Source: Bdellovibrio sp. (GTDB lineage Bacteria > Bdellovibrionota > Bdellovibrionia > Bdellovibrionales > Bdellovibrionaceae). From it: a stretch of DNA of 64,000 nt. How positions within the stretch are numbered: position 1 is the first letter of the stretch; the number at the start of each line of letters is the position of its first letter. This document shows, one piece after another, positions 50,377-59,596 of the stretch. The stretch covers positions 576,001 to 640,000 of the forward strand of contig JAKFBS010000004.1 of assembly GCA_036677065.1 (NCBI GenBank). Direction: 5' to 3'. The notes under the pieces are model-generated. The model did not search any database. It saw only the letters and a program-made list of their open reading frames with translations, and had not been told where the DNA came from. The position numbers and the translations under genes are program-made.

Positions 50377-51228
50377 ATGAAAAAAGCCGTACTGTTTAAA
50401 GCCCTGCAAAGACATTTAGGATTCCGCAATCCGGATTCTATCTTACAAATCACACCTGACATTATAAATAAACTGGCGCCGCAAGAATTGATCTTGGCTG
50501 AACGTTATTTGCTAAGTCTAAAAGACAAAGGCATTCAGTTTACTTATCCGGGCGATGTGCTTTATCCGGCAAGTTTTCATCAAATGTTAGAGCCGCCGTT
50601 ATTTTTAGAATACGTCGGTGAGCCCGTGTGGATGCATAAACAAATTCTAGCCATTGTGGGCGCACGAAAAATTCATCCCTTTACTGATCGTTGGCTGCGC
50701 TTTGAGATTCCTTTGTTTTTAGAAGCTAGGCCTGATATAGCCATCGCCAGTGGCGGCGCCATCGGTGTTGATCAGTGTGCGCATACGGTGGCGATTAAAT
50801 CAGATCGCCCGACGATCGTGGTTTTGCCGTGTGGTTTAGAGAATTTGTTTCCGAAAAATTTAAACACATTGAAAAAATTAGTTTTGCAAACGGGTGGATG
50901 TTTTTTATCTGAATTTGAGAGTGATCAGAGTGTGCGAAAACATCTTTTCTTTTTTCGAAACCGTTTAATTACCGCTTTAGCGCAAGTCACGATGGTGGCG
51001 CAGGCTGAAAAAAAGAGTGGAAGTTTTCTTACAGTTCATCATGCACTTCAGAATGGACGCACGATGGTGACGCTTCCCGCGCACCCGATGATGTTTGAGT
51101 TCTCGGGAAACCAGCATTTAATGCGTGAAGGGTGTTTTTATGTGCTTACAAACAAGGATTTGCTTAACTTTTGGGAAGCTGAATGTTGGTCTGGTCGGGG
51201 TTTGACACTAGATATAGACCGCATTTAG
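50377..51228 (+). CDS. dprA: DNA-processing protein DprA
   Basis: AIVGAR, SGGAIGVD..AH and F..RNRLI motifs. Confidence 0.9.
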   Translation: MKKAVLFKALQRHLGFRNPDSILQITPDIINKLAPQELILAERYLLSLKDKGIQFTYPGDVLYPASFHQMLEPPLFLEYVGEPVWMHKQILAIVGARKIHPFTDRWLRFEIPLFLEARPDIAIASGGAIGVDQCAHTVAIKSDRPTIVVLPCGLENLFPKNLNTLKKLVLQTGGCFLSEFESDQSVRKHLFFFRNRLITALAQVTMVAQAEKKSGSFLTVHHALQNGRTMVTLPAHPMMFEFSGNQHLMREGCFYVLTNKDLLNFWEAECWSGRGLTLDIDRI

Positions 51229-51319
51229 TTAAATTGCTTGACCACTGCCACTAGGTCTAGTGATGGCAGTGACTAAGGTCAATATTCGTCAGAAAAGTGA
51301 AATAATCTAAAAAAACCTA

Positions 51320-51349
51320 TTGAGAAAAAAAGAAAGATGCATCTAAAAT
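51320..51349 (+). promoter_or_regulatory. Sigma-70-like promoter for the candidate sRNA
   Basis: TTGAGA-N18-TAAAAT preceded by an A-rich tract. Confidence 0.45.
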
Positions 51350-51355
51350 AATAAT

Positions 51356-51470
51356 AAGGGAGGGGCGATGTGGTCATGGATGACCCTGGTTGTATGGATG
51401 CAGCTACATCGTTCCGTTTTTCTTAAAATTTAAAAATTACAAAGACGAAGTCACTCTTCGTCTTTTTTTT
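51356..51470 (+). ncRNA. Candidate CsrA/RsmA-binding small RNA
   Basis: Two hairpins with AUGGAU loops inside a GGGGCGAUGU/ACAUCGUUCC stem; own promoter and terminator; no ORF. Confidence 0.55.
51441..51470 (+). terminator. Rho-independent terminator
   Basis: AAAGACGAAG-TCACT-CTTCGTCTTT followed by a long T-run; may also stop lptF. Confidence 0.85.
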
Positions 51471-51493
51471 TGTCTTTTTTCTATTCGGGATGC

Positions 51494-52591
51494 TTACGAT
51501 AATTTCTTCTGAATTTGGTTGGCCGACACGACAGCGAAAATAAAATTCGCCACCCATGGGCCCATGTAAGGTGGCAGTCTTTGGCTGCGTGATAAACCTT
51601 CGAAGGCAATATAAACAATAAAGTACCCAACGATAAAAGCCACCGACACCACAAAGCCTGATGATTTGCCTGACCTACGATCGTTGATGACTCCATAACC
51701 AACGCCCACTAACCCGAAAATCAAGCAGGCAGCGGCTAAGGCGAATCTTTTGTGAAACTCAACAGCGAAGCCGACCTTTTCATTATCTTTGAGTGTAGCG
51801 TCGTTTAAGCGTTCTTGTAACTCGTTATAGTTTAATGAGGGCGGAGACTTTTTACGTTCTTCGAATTTAACCGGATCATTTAATAGAACATCGTAAGAAT
51901 CAAATTCAACCACAGTATGAGCTTGGCCGCGACGATGGATCTGGCCTTTGAATAAACGTAATAGCACGCTATGGCCTGGGTTGTCTAAATCAGGAATGAT
52001 ATGACCTTGCGGTGCAATTATAGTTAAAGGCGAACTTGGATTTTTATCATCGTAGATAAATAAATCCTGCAGTAAGCCTTCTTCTGAGTTTACTTTATTG
52101 GCGTAAACCACCATATCAAAAAAGCCTTCTGAGAAAGTGCCCTCTTTGATGCTGGCAGCGGCTTTGGTGTTACCAAGGTGAGTGATTAATAATTCGAATT
52201 GGCGATTTCCCCAAGGTGCAACATAGAATGCAGTTTGCGCTGAGAGGACACTGACCACTAAAGCAAAGGCTACGGCCGGAGCCAGGATTGTGCCGCCGTG
52301 GTAGCCCGCACCTTTAAGGGCGATAATTTCAGAATCAAGAGAAGCGCGGTTGTAAGTCATTAGAATCGCAAAGAGCAGCGACATCGGTAAGATCATGGGT
52401 AAGAATGAAATACTCATATAACCCATGATGTCTAAAATAAATGAAAATTTAATTCCGTGAACGAGCACGAATTCGGTTAGACGAAGGGCTTGAAACATCA
52501 ATAAGATCGATATAAATACCAATACACCTAGGATAAAGGTGGGAACCATTTCAGAGAGTAAATAAAAAAATACGCGGCGTGATTTCCACAT
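51494..52591 (-). CDS. lptF: LPS export ABC permease, LptF/LptG family
   Basis: Six TM helices; DSEIIALK..G, EG.F and EFHKRFAL motifs. Confidence 0.85.
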   Translation of the reverse strand: MWKSRRVFFYLLSEMVPTFILGVLVFISILLMFQALRLTEFVLVHGIKFSFILDIMGYMSISFLPMILPMSLLFAILMTYNRASLDSEIIALKGAGYHGGTILAPAVAFALVVSVLSAQTAFYVAPWGNRQFELLITHLGNTKAAASIKEGTFSEGFFDMVVYANKVNSEEGLLQDLFIYDDKNPSSPLTIIAPQGHIIPDLDNPGHSVLLRLFKGQIHRRGQAHTVVEFDSYDVLLNDPVKFEERKKSPPSLNYNELQERLNDATLKDNEKVGFAVEFHKRFALAAACLIFGLVGVGYGVINDRRSGKSSGFVVSVAFIVGYFIVYIAFEGLSRSQRLPPYMGPWVANFIFAVVSANQIQKKLS

Positions 52592-52652
52592 CTAAAGATA
52601 AGTATAAATAATTTCTTTGCTATCGTCATTGGTTGGATTCTAGAATAGACCT

Positions 52653-53453
52653 ATGGATAGAGTACTTATCGTCACAGAAGAAGCCGTTTTTGCCTCGCAT
52701 GTAGAAAAAACTCTGATCGAGGTTGGTTTTGAGACGGCTTTATTGAATAACGAAAATGGTTTGCAGCACAAAATTTTTGAGTTCAAGCCAGATATTGTTG
52801 TTGTAAAGGGTGGTTCGGCCAAACTTTCTTCGATGCGCATTGGCCAAGTTTTAAAAGAAATCATCAAATACCAAGGTAAAGTCATTCTGATTTTAAATAA
52901 AAATCAAAACATCGATCCCCATGATATTAACCGCGTAAAAATGGATTATTTGTTATTTGAACCAGTTGGTGCAGTTAAAGTAGTTTCTCATGTTTTGAAT
53001 CTAGTCACCGAACATCGTGATGCTATTCGCGGGCGTCTGCAAAAAATCGCTGACAGTGATCCCAACTTTCGCAAACAAGAAGAAAACTTCATGGTTTCTG
53101 GAAAAAATGCGGACCACGAGATGATTCATGTGACCGGTAAGGCTGATAAAACCGCAGTGACCCATGTTAAAAGTAAAGAAGGCCTTGCTCCTGAAGAGAT
53201 GCAGCATATCAAGGCGCAGCTTGAGAAAGAATTGATTGATAATGAGGCGTTACACCACAAGAAAATAGAGGCTTACGATAATGCTATCAGTAATCTCGAT
53301 TCAGACTTGAAGTTGGGCCATAAAAAGAGGCATGCTAATGAGAAGCAAAAGGCATTACGCAAGGAGCTTCTGGTTGATCCTGGCCAAGAAAAGTTGGACA
53401 GTCTAGATCAGGATCGCCGAAAGTTTGCGATCGCTTTAACAAAAAAGAGGTAG
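52653..53453 (+). CDS. Pseudo-receiver domain protein with charged coiled-coil tail
   Basis: RVLIVTEE...KPDIVVVKG...FEP; lacks the phospho-acceptor Asp. Confidence 0.6.
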   Translation: MDRVLIVTEEAVFASHVEKTLIEVGFETALLNNENGLQHKIFEFKPDIVVVKGGSAKLSSMRIGQVLKEIIKYQGKVILILNKNQNIDPHDINRVKMDYLLFEPVGAVKVVSHVLNLVTEHRDAIRGRLQKIADSDPNFRKQEENFMVSGKNADHEMIHVTGKADKTAVTHVKSKEGLAPEEMQHIKAQLEKELIDNEALHHKKIEAYDNAISNLDSDLKLGHKKRHANEKQKALRKELLVDPGQEKLDSLDQDRRKFAIALTKKR

Positions 53454-53482
53454 GTCGCGCCGCAGGCGCGCAAGGGGTAAAC

Positions 53483-53806
53483 GTGGCAAAAACACAACCA
53501 GTAACAGATTCAAGTTTTCAAACTGACGTATTAAATTCTTCAACTCCAGTTCTTGTAGATTTCTGGGCTGAGTGGTGTGCACCATGCCGCGCTTTAGGTC
53601 CAAAACTAGAAGAAGTAGCTACTGAATTAGAAGGTAAAGTTAAAATCGTAAAAATGAACGTTGATGAAAATCCAGCGACACCTGGTCAATTTGGTATCCG
53701 CGGAATTCCAGCAATGCTTTTATTCAAAGACGGAAAACAAGTGGGCGAGTTAGTTGGAAATCATCCCAAAGAACGCATCACTGAATTTTTAACGACGCAC
53801 GCTTAG
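53483..53806 (+). CDS. trxA: Thioredoxin
   Basis: DFWAEWCAPC and IRGIP motifs. Confidence 0.96.
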   Translation: MAKTQPVTDSSFQTDVLNSSTPVLVDFWAEWCAPCRALGPKLEEVATELEGKVKIVKMNVDENPATPGQFGIRGIPAMLLFKDGKQVGELVGNHPKERITEFLTTHA

Positions 53807-53843
53807 TTACACTCAATTTAAAAAATTAGTTTAGGAAAAAGTC

Positions 53844-54110
53844 ATGAGCCAAACAGTAAAAGTAACAATGGTTAAAAAAAATCCGTGTCCTTATTGTGAA
53901 CGGGCTATGACTTTTTTCGATAACCGCGGCATCAAAGTAGACATCATCGACTTAACTGGAAAACCAGACGAGTTAATGGAGTGGAAAACTAAGACCGGAT
54001 GGATGACAGTTCCAATCATCATGATCAATGATCAACTTATCGGTGGATACACTGATCTAAAAGCCTTAGACGAAGAGGGTAAGTTAAATCCTCTTTTAGG
54101 CATCGCCTAA
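53844..54110 (+). CDS. Glutaredoxin
   Basis: CPYC, TVP and IGGYTDL motifs. Confidence 0.93.
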   Translation: MSQTVKVTMVKKNPCPYCERAMTFFDNRGIKVDIIDLTGKPDELMEWKTKTGWMTVPIIMINDQLIGGYTDLKALDEEGKLNPLLGIA

Positions 54111-54148
54111 GTCAGATTATAGGCCTCTAATTTGTAATCTATTTTAGT

Positions 54149-55183
54149 ATGCGCTTTTTGCTCGTACGCCAATGGCTAATATCAGCTATATTCTTTATGG
54201 TTTCCAGCACCTGTCTGGGAAGTATACAACTGTTCGTCGTTCAGCCAACTCCACAGCATGAGAAATTTTTAATCGTTGCCCAGGACGGGGAAAGCCCAGT
54301 GCAGGCGATGGTTCGTTATAAGACACTTTTGGCTGATAGCCCGCATTTGCAGGTTCTAGTCAGCCCTGAACAATTGCGCCAATTTAGCTATGGTCATGGT
54401 GATTACTTTGAGCTTGGAGAAAAACCAGCCGTTTTGATTTTGGCTAACCGCGGATACGATTTATCAAACGAAGAAAAATCTGGTGGCCAGCAGCGCGTAC
54501 AAAAGTTCAAAGAAAAAATCGGGCAAAGTAATGATGTCTATATTCTTCCGGTAGCAGCAGCTCTGGGTTTGACTAAACCCAACCGAGATTTATTTTATAA
54601 GGCCTTAACTGATAAATTTTCAGGAGTTGTGGCCCTTGGTGGGCCCGATGTTAATCCAAGTGTGTACGGCGATGAAAACCGTGAAGCCCGCGAAGTAAAT
54701 CTATTTCGTGACCGTTATGAAATTCATTTTTTACAACATTGGATAAAAGCAAAAAAAGGATTTTTATTCGGCGTTTGCCGCGGTCATCAAATGATTTCTG
54801 CCGCTCTGGGTTTTAAATTAGTTCAACACATCGAAAATCACGGCGACGGCACGTGGGTAGATCACCCGATTAAATTTCTAAAAACGTCGCAAAACTTTTT
54901 AAGCCGTGCAGCTGGCGTGAATGAGATGGTCGTGAACAGTTACCATCATCAGGCCGTACAATATTCACCGCACCCAGATATAGATTTAGCAGCCGTCGCG
55001 CCAGATAACACAGTTGAAGCTTTAGAAAGCAAAGACGGTCGAATTGTATCCACCCAATTTCACGTCGAATTTATGGAAGATATTTTTTCTAAGCGCATTT
55101 TTTCGCGCATCAACGAAAAGTTTCGCTCAGAAAGTGAAAAGTTCCGTTCCGGGAAAGCTGGCATGTGCGCAAGCCTGTTTTAA
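54149..55183 (+). CDS. Peptidase C26/PuuD-like gamma-glutamyl hydrolase with N-terminal export signal
   Basis: GGPDVNP..YG, GVCRGHQ, VNSYHHQ and QFHVE motifs. Confidence 0.85.
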   Translation: MRFLLVRQWLISAIFFMVSSTCLGSIQLFVVQPTPQHEKFLIVAQDGESPVQAMVRYKTLLADSPHLQVLVSPEQLRQFSYGHGDYFELGEKPAVLILANRGYDLSNEEKSGGQQRVQKFKEKIGQSNDVYILPVAAALGLTKPNRDLFYKALTDKFSGVVALGGPDVNPSVYGDENREAREVNLFRDRYEIHFLQHWIKAKKGFLFGVCRGHQMISAALGFKLVQHIENHGDGTWVDHPIKFLKTSQNFLSRAAGVNEMVVNSYHHQAVQYSPHPDIDLAAVAPDNTVEALESKDGRIVSTQFHVEFMEDIFSKRIFSRINEKFRSESEKFRSGKAGMCASLF

Positions 55184-55530
55184 TCAGCTATTCGAAGCTG
55201 AGCCATTAAGTTAAATCTTTTTTGCAGGCCCGAGGCGTTGTTCTTTAATCCCATTTTCGCTAGATTGCGCGCAAATCGCGAGCGAGCACTTACGCTTGAA
55301 ACTTTGAGCAGAAATTCTTGGCGTTGTTGGATGTTAAGATGGCTGAGTTTGCTTGCTACAAACTCAGCCTTTCTACGTGAAAGCCCTCGCAGGTCACTTA
55401 AGATATAACTTAAGTGGGAGTAATTTAAATTTATATCTTTTGCGAATTCGCGCAGAGAATAAGTGTAATTTAATTTACGCCGGTGCTGAAATTCTTGTTT
55501 TAAAATCTGAATATATTTTTGGCGATCCAT
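55180..55530 (-). CDS. Stand-alone TIGR02147-type N-terminal HTH domain protein
   Basis: ILKQEF..R...N..YSLREFAKDI.L..SHLS.IL...RGLS pattern; start taken at MDRQKY. Confidence 0.75.
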   Translation of the reverse strand: MDRQKYIQILKQEFQHRRKLNYTYSLREFAKDINLNYSHLSYILSDLRGLSRRKAEFVASKLSHLNIQQRQEFLLKVSSVSARSRFARNLAKMGLKNNASGLQKRFNLMAQLRIAD

Positions 55531-55661
55531 AATTAATTCACACGCAAAGCGTAGACCTGGTGGATGATGAATTAAGTGCCAGAATAAGTCCGAAATGCGA
55601 AAAAATATCCGAAAAAACGCGACACAAAAAAGCATGTAGTATTCTCTGATGACGCGTTAAA

Positions 55662-55709
55662 TTCGCTCAGGGTTTAGGTCAACAATGTTGACTGAAACCC
55701 TGAGTGCCG
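55662..55709. repeat. 48-bp REP-like palindrome, copy 2 (inverted)
   Basis: TTCGCTCAGGGTTTAGGTCAACAATGTTGACTGAAACCCTGAGTGCCG, flanked by ATGACGC...GCGTCAT. Confidence 0.85.
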
Positions 55710-55777
55710 AAATTGCGTCATAAATTATAGGATTATAGTGCAGGCATTTTGTGTAACCTTGCAATGAGGCTGAAGAA

Positions 55778-56773
55778 TTAACTGAGTAATTTTTCTAAGT
55801 GGGATTTGAATTCGATCGGTTTTTTGTGGATTTTTACCTGGTCGAAAACTTCGCGGGCTTTTGGTGAGGCTAGGCGTAATTGGCTTAACCATTGTTTGGT
55901 GCGTGCTGTGGCGAAGTGATCGTTTACATAGAGCGTGCACGCGTTGAAGAAGGGAACTACTAAATCTAAAGATTCTTCGTTTTTTGCGGAAGTTGCGTTG
56001 CCAGGTATTACTTTAGTTGCTAAGTGAGCTTTGATGTCTCTAAAAATATAGGGATTTCTTAAGGCCCCGCGGCCGATCATGAAATCTTGGCAGTCGGTTT
56101 CAAGTTTACATTTTTCGAAATCACTGATGTTCCAGATTTCTCCGTTGGCGATGATTTTTACTTTTGTGGTTTGTTTGATTTTTGGAATCCATTCCCAGTA
56201 GGCAGGTGGTTTGTAGCCGTCGGTTTTTGTGCGGCAGTGAACTGTCACCCACGTGGCGCCTGCGTCTTCGCAGGCTTTGACGTTATCTAAACTTGCGCTG
56301 GGATCATCGAAGCCTAATCTTACTTTGGCGGTGACTGGTGTTGATAGCGGAACTGCTTTTCTGACTGTCTCTACGATTTTAAAAACTCGGTCGGTGCATT
56401 TTAATAAACTTGCGCCGCCGTCATGGCGATTTACTGTTTTTGCCGGACAACCGAAATTGAGATCGATGCCTAAGGCTCCCATTTCATGGGCGCGCAATGC
56501 GTTTTCGGCTAACGGGCCGGGTTGTCCGCCTAAGAGTTGCACGAATACGGGAGTTCCGCTTCGGGTTTTTGAACCCGTGGCTAATTCTGGGCAATTGCGT
56601 TCGAAAACTTTGTACGGGTGAAGCTTATCGGTGACGCGTAGAAATTCAGTCACGCATTGGTCGATGCCGCCAAGACTTGTTAATAAATCACGCATGGCCC
56701 AGTCAGTGACACCTTCCATCGGAGCGAGAAAAAGTTTTGGGTGAGTGGTGCTCTTTTCGTGACTGGTTGGCAT
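55778..56773 (-). CDS. tRNA-dihydrouridine synthase (DusC-like)
   Basis: LAPMEG, DLNFGCP, H.RT, NGEI and MIGRG motifs. Confidence 0.93.
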   Translation of the reverse strand: MPTSHEKSTTHPKLFLAPMEGVTDWAMRDLLTSLGGIDQCVTEFLRVTDKLHPYKVFERNCPELATGSKTRSGTPVFVQLLGGQPGPLAENALRAHEMGALGIDLNFGCPAKTVNRHDGGASLLKCTDRVFKIVETVRKAVPLSTPVTAKVRLGFDDPSASLDNVKACEDAGATWVTVHCRTKTDGYKPPAYWEWIPKIKQTTKVKIIANGEIWNISDFEKCKLETDCQDFMIGRGALRNPYIFRDIKAHLATKVIPGNATSAKNEESLDLVVPFFNACTLYVNDHFATARTKQWLSQLRLASPKAREVFDQVKIHKKPIEFKSHLEKLLS

Positions 56774-56786
56774 GCCTAGGTAATAG

Positions 56787-57239
56787 CTATTTTTGTCCGA
56801 GTTTGCAAATGTGTTCGAATTCAGCTTTGGTTACAGGGCTTACAGAAAGTCGGCCTTGTTTAAGTAAAACCATCTCTTTTAGCTTAGGGTCGTGTTTAAT
56901 TTGATCTAAGCTTACGAGCTGCTTAAAAGTACTGTGATATTTAATTTCAGTGCAAAACCAGATGGGTTTTTCTTTGGTAGCTTTTTCAGCGTAGTATTCT
57001 GATTTTTTATCAAATTGGAGTTTGTCGGGTTGGGCTAACTGGCTGACTTCGGCAATGCCGATCACTCCAGAAGGCTCTGCATTTGAGTGATAAAACAGAA
57101 CTTGGTCGCCGATTTCCATGGCTTGCATGGAATTACGAGCCGTGTAGTTACGCACGCCTGTCCACCAGGTGGTTTTGTCTTTTTTTAGATGATCAATTGA
57201 GAATACATCAGGTTCAGATTTCATTAGCCAATACTTCAT
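56787..57239 (-). CDS. EVE domain protein
   Basis: YWLMKSEP, GVRNYTARN and RLSVSPV motifs. Confidence 0.93.
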   Translation of the reverse strand: MKYWLMKSEPDVFSIDHLKKDKTTWWTGVRNYTARNSMQAMEIGDQVLFYHSNAEPSGVIGIAEVSQLAQPDKLQFDKKSEYYAEKATKEKPIWFCTEIKYHSTFKQLVSLDQIKHDPKLKEMVLLKQGRLSVSPVTKAEFEHICKLGQK

Positions 57240-57306
57240 AACTTTATTGCTAACACAGCTTATTGAAGATTTGCATCTTTAACTTCTTAGGTTAAGATTT
57301 TGGCTC

Positions 57307-58158
57307 ATGAAAAAAACTACAAAAAAAGCAGATTCCAATGCGAATTATACTTTAGTCACTGGTGCTTCTTCGGGAATTGGTGAACAACTCAGTTACTTAT
57401 TAGCTAAAGAAAATAAATCTTTGGTGCTTGTGGCTCGTCGTTTAGAGCGGCTTAAAAAAGTTCAGGCGCAATGTTTAAAATTGGGCGCTGCTGATGTGCA
57501 GATTTTTACTTGTGATGTTGCTGATAAAAAATCTGTTTTGTTAGCCGCTAAAAAAATTAAATCTACAGTGGTGAATAAAAAGTCTCTTCAGGTGGGTACT
57601 CTGATTAACAATGCTGGTTTAGCTGCGGGCACTGAGTTAGTGCAAGCTGCTAAAACGCGTGATTGGGATCAGATGATTGATACCAATGTGAAAGGCCTTT
57701 TGTGGCTGACGCGTGAATTTTTTGATTCAATAATTTCTGAGCAAGGTCATATTGTGAACATGGGTTCAGTGGCCGGTCGCCTAGTTTATGAAGGTGGAGC
57801 CGTATACTGCGCCAGTAAATTTGCGGTGCGTGCTTTATCTGAAGGCTTTCGTATGGACCTTAAAGGCACGGGTGTGCGAGTGACAAACATCGAACCGGGA
57901 ATGGTGAACAGTGAATTTAGTCTAGTTCGCTTAGGAAATCAGCAAAAAGCCGATGCGATTTACTCTGAAATGTCGCCACTGAGCCCCTTGGACATCGCGC
58001 AAAATATTTTGTGGTGTTTGAGTCAACCTGCGCATGTTAATATTCAAGAGCTTGTTATTTATCCGACCGATCAGGCCAGCGTTGGCCAAGTAGTTCGCGG
58101 TGAGAAAAGTATTAAGAATTTAAGTGCTGCAAAAGCAAAATTAAAAACAAAAAAATAA
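57307..58158 (+). CDS. SDR oxidoreductase, YdfG-like
   Basis: [19 protein letters not shown] and P.HVNI motifs. Confidence 0.9.
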   Translation: MKKTTKKADSNANYTLVTGASSGIGEQLSYLLAKENKSLVLVARRLERLKKVQAQCLKLGAADVQIFTCDVADKKSVLLAAKKIKSTVVNKKSLQVGTLINNAGLAAGTELVQAAKTRDWDQMIDTNVKGLLWLTREFFDSIISEQGHIVNMGSVAGRLVYEGGAVYCASKFAVRALSEGFRMDLKGTGVRVTNIEPGMVNSEFSLVRLGNQQKADAIYSEMSPLSPLDIAQNILWCLSQPAHVNIQELVIYPTDQASVGQVVRGEKSIKNLSAAKAKLKTKK

Positions 58159-58177
58159 ATCCAAAAGGGAAATATTT

Positions 58178-59572
58178 ATGAGCGAATTTCGTATCGAAAA
58201 AGACACTATGGGTGATGTTAAAGTTCCGGCTACGGCTTTGTGGGGAGCGCAAACTCAACGTTCAACTGAAAATTTTAAAATCGGTGGCGATCGTTTTCCA
58301 CGCGAGATGATCAAAGCTTTAGGCGTTTTAAAAAAATGCGCTGCGATGACGAATGCTGATCTTGGTTTGTTAGATAAAGCCAAAGCTGAATTTATTATTA
58401 AAGCGGCTGATGAAGTTATTTCTGGAAAACTTGATGCTCACTTTCCGTTAGTAGTTTGGCAAACCGGTTCAGGCACACAAACAAATATGAACGCGAACGA
58501 AGTGATCGCGAACCGCGCGATGACGATGCAAAATTTAACTTTGCCTAATAAAGCCGTTCATCCCAATGATGATGTGAATAAAGGTCAAAGTTCTAATGAT
58601 ACCTTCCCGACAGCAATGCACATTGCGGTTGCGGATCAATTACATTCTCGTCTTATTCCGATGATGCTTAAACTTCATAAAGCTTTAGAAACAAAGTCTG
58701 CTGAATTTAAAGATATCGTAAAAATTGGTCGTACTCACTTGATGGATGCGACTCCGTTAACGTTAGGCCAAGAATTTTCTGGTTACACGACGCAAATGAA
58801 AAATGGCGTTCAACGTATTAAAAATACTTTACCGCATGTTTATGAATTAGCATTAGGTGGAACTGCCGTAGGCACGGGATTAAATACTCATATTGATTTT
58901 CCGAAAAAAGCTGCGGCAGCTATTGCTGCTGAAACGAATATTCCGTTTGTGACAGCTCCAAATAAATTTGAAGCTTTAGCTTCGCATGATGCATTAGTTG
59001 AACTGCATGGTGCTTTAAAAACTGTGGCTGTGTCGTTAATGAAAATTGCCAACGACATTCGTTTGTTAGGATCTGGTCCGCGTTGTGGTTTTGGCGAATT
59101 AAATTTACCAGAGAATGAACCAGGGTCTTCAATTATGCCGGGTAAAGTGAACCCAACACAATCTGAAGCCATGACGATGGTGTGTGCGCAAGTTCTTGGA
59201 AATGATGTCGCGGTTAATGTTGGTGGGGCTACCGGCCATTTTGAGCTTAACGTATTTAAACCAGTTATTGTGTTTAACTGCTTAAACTCAATTCGCTTGA
59301 TCGCTGATGCCTGCGAAAGTTTCACTGATCACTGCGTTGTTGGTATTACGGCAAACACAGCTCAGATTAAAAAACACTTAGATAACTCTTTAATGTTAGT
59401 GACGGCACTTAATCCGCACATTGGTTATGACAATGCGGCAAAGATCGCCAAGACCGCTCATAAAAACGGAACGACTTTAAAGGAAGAAGCTGTTAAGCTA
59501 GGGTTATTAACTGCCGAAAAATTCGATGAAGTTGTTCGCCCTGAAACAATGATTTCTCCACTCGGCAAATAG
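58178..59572 (+). CDS. fumC: Class II fumarate hydratase
   Basis: [11 protein letters not shown] and WQTGSGT motifs. Confidence 0.98.
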   Translation: MSEFRIEKDTMGDVKVPATALWGAQTQRSTENFKIGGDRFPREMIKALGVLKKCAAMTNADLGLLDKAKAEFIIKAADEVISGKLDAHFPLVVWQTGSGTQTNMNANEVIANRAMTMQNLTLPNKAVHPNDDVNKGQSSNDTFPTAMHIAVADQLHSRLIPMMLKLHKALETKSAEFKDIVKIGRTHLMDATPLTLGQEFSGYTTQMKNGVQRIKNTLPHVYELALGGTAVGTGLNTHIDFPKKAAAAIAAETNIPFVTAPNKFEALASHDALVELHGALKTVAVSLMKIANDIRLLGSGPRCGFGELNLPENEPGSSIMPGKVNPTQSEAMTMVCAQVLGNDVAVNVGGATGHFELNVFKPVIVFNCLNSIRLIADACESFTDHCVVGITANTAQIKKHLDNSLMLVTALNPHIGYDNAAKIAKTAHKNGTTLKEEAVKLGLLTAEKFDEVVRPETMISPLGK

Positions 59573-59596
59573 AACAGTCAAAAGTTAGGCAAAATA

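Noticed and set aside
51494..52591. lptF without adjacent lptG (and lptE-holA without leuS) as a sign of gene loss
   Set aside because: The partners may simply lie elsewhere in the genome; this cannot be judged from one window.
44283..55709. CRISPR repeats
   Set aside because: Only two copies, inverted and 11 kb apart, with no spacer array or cas genes.
58888..59325. Antisense ORFs of 60-145 aa inside fumC, tamB, dus, dapB and others
   Set aside because: They are shadow ORFs on the opposite strand of well-supported genes, with no motifs or SD.
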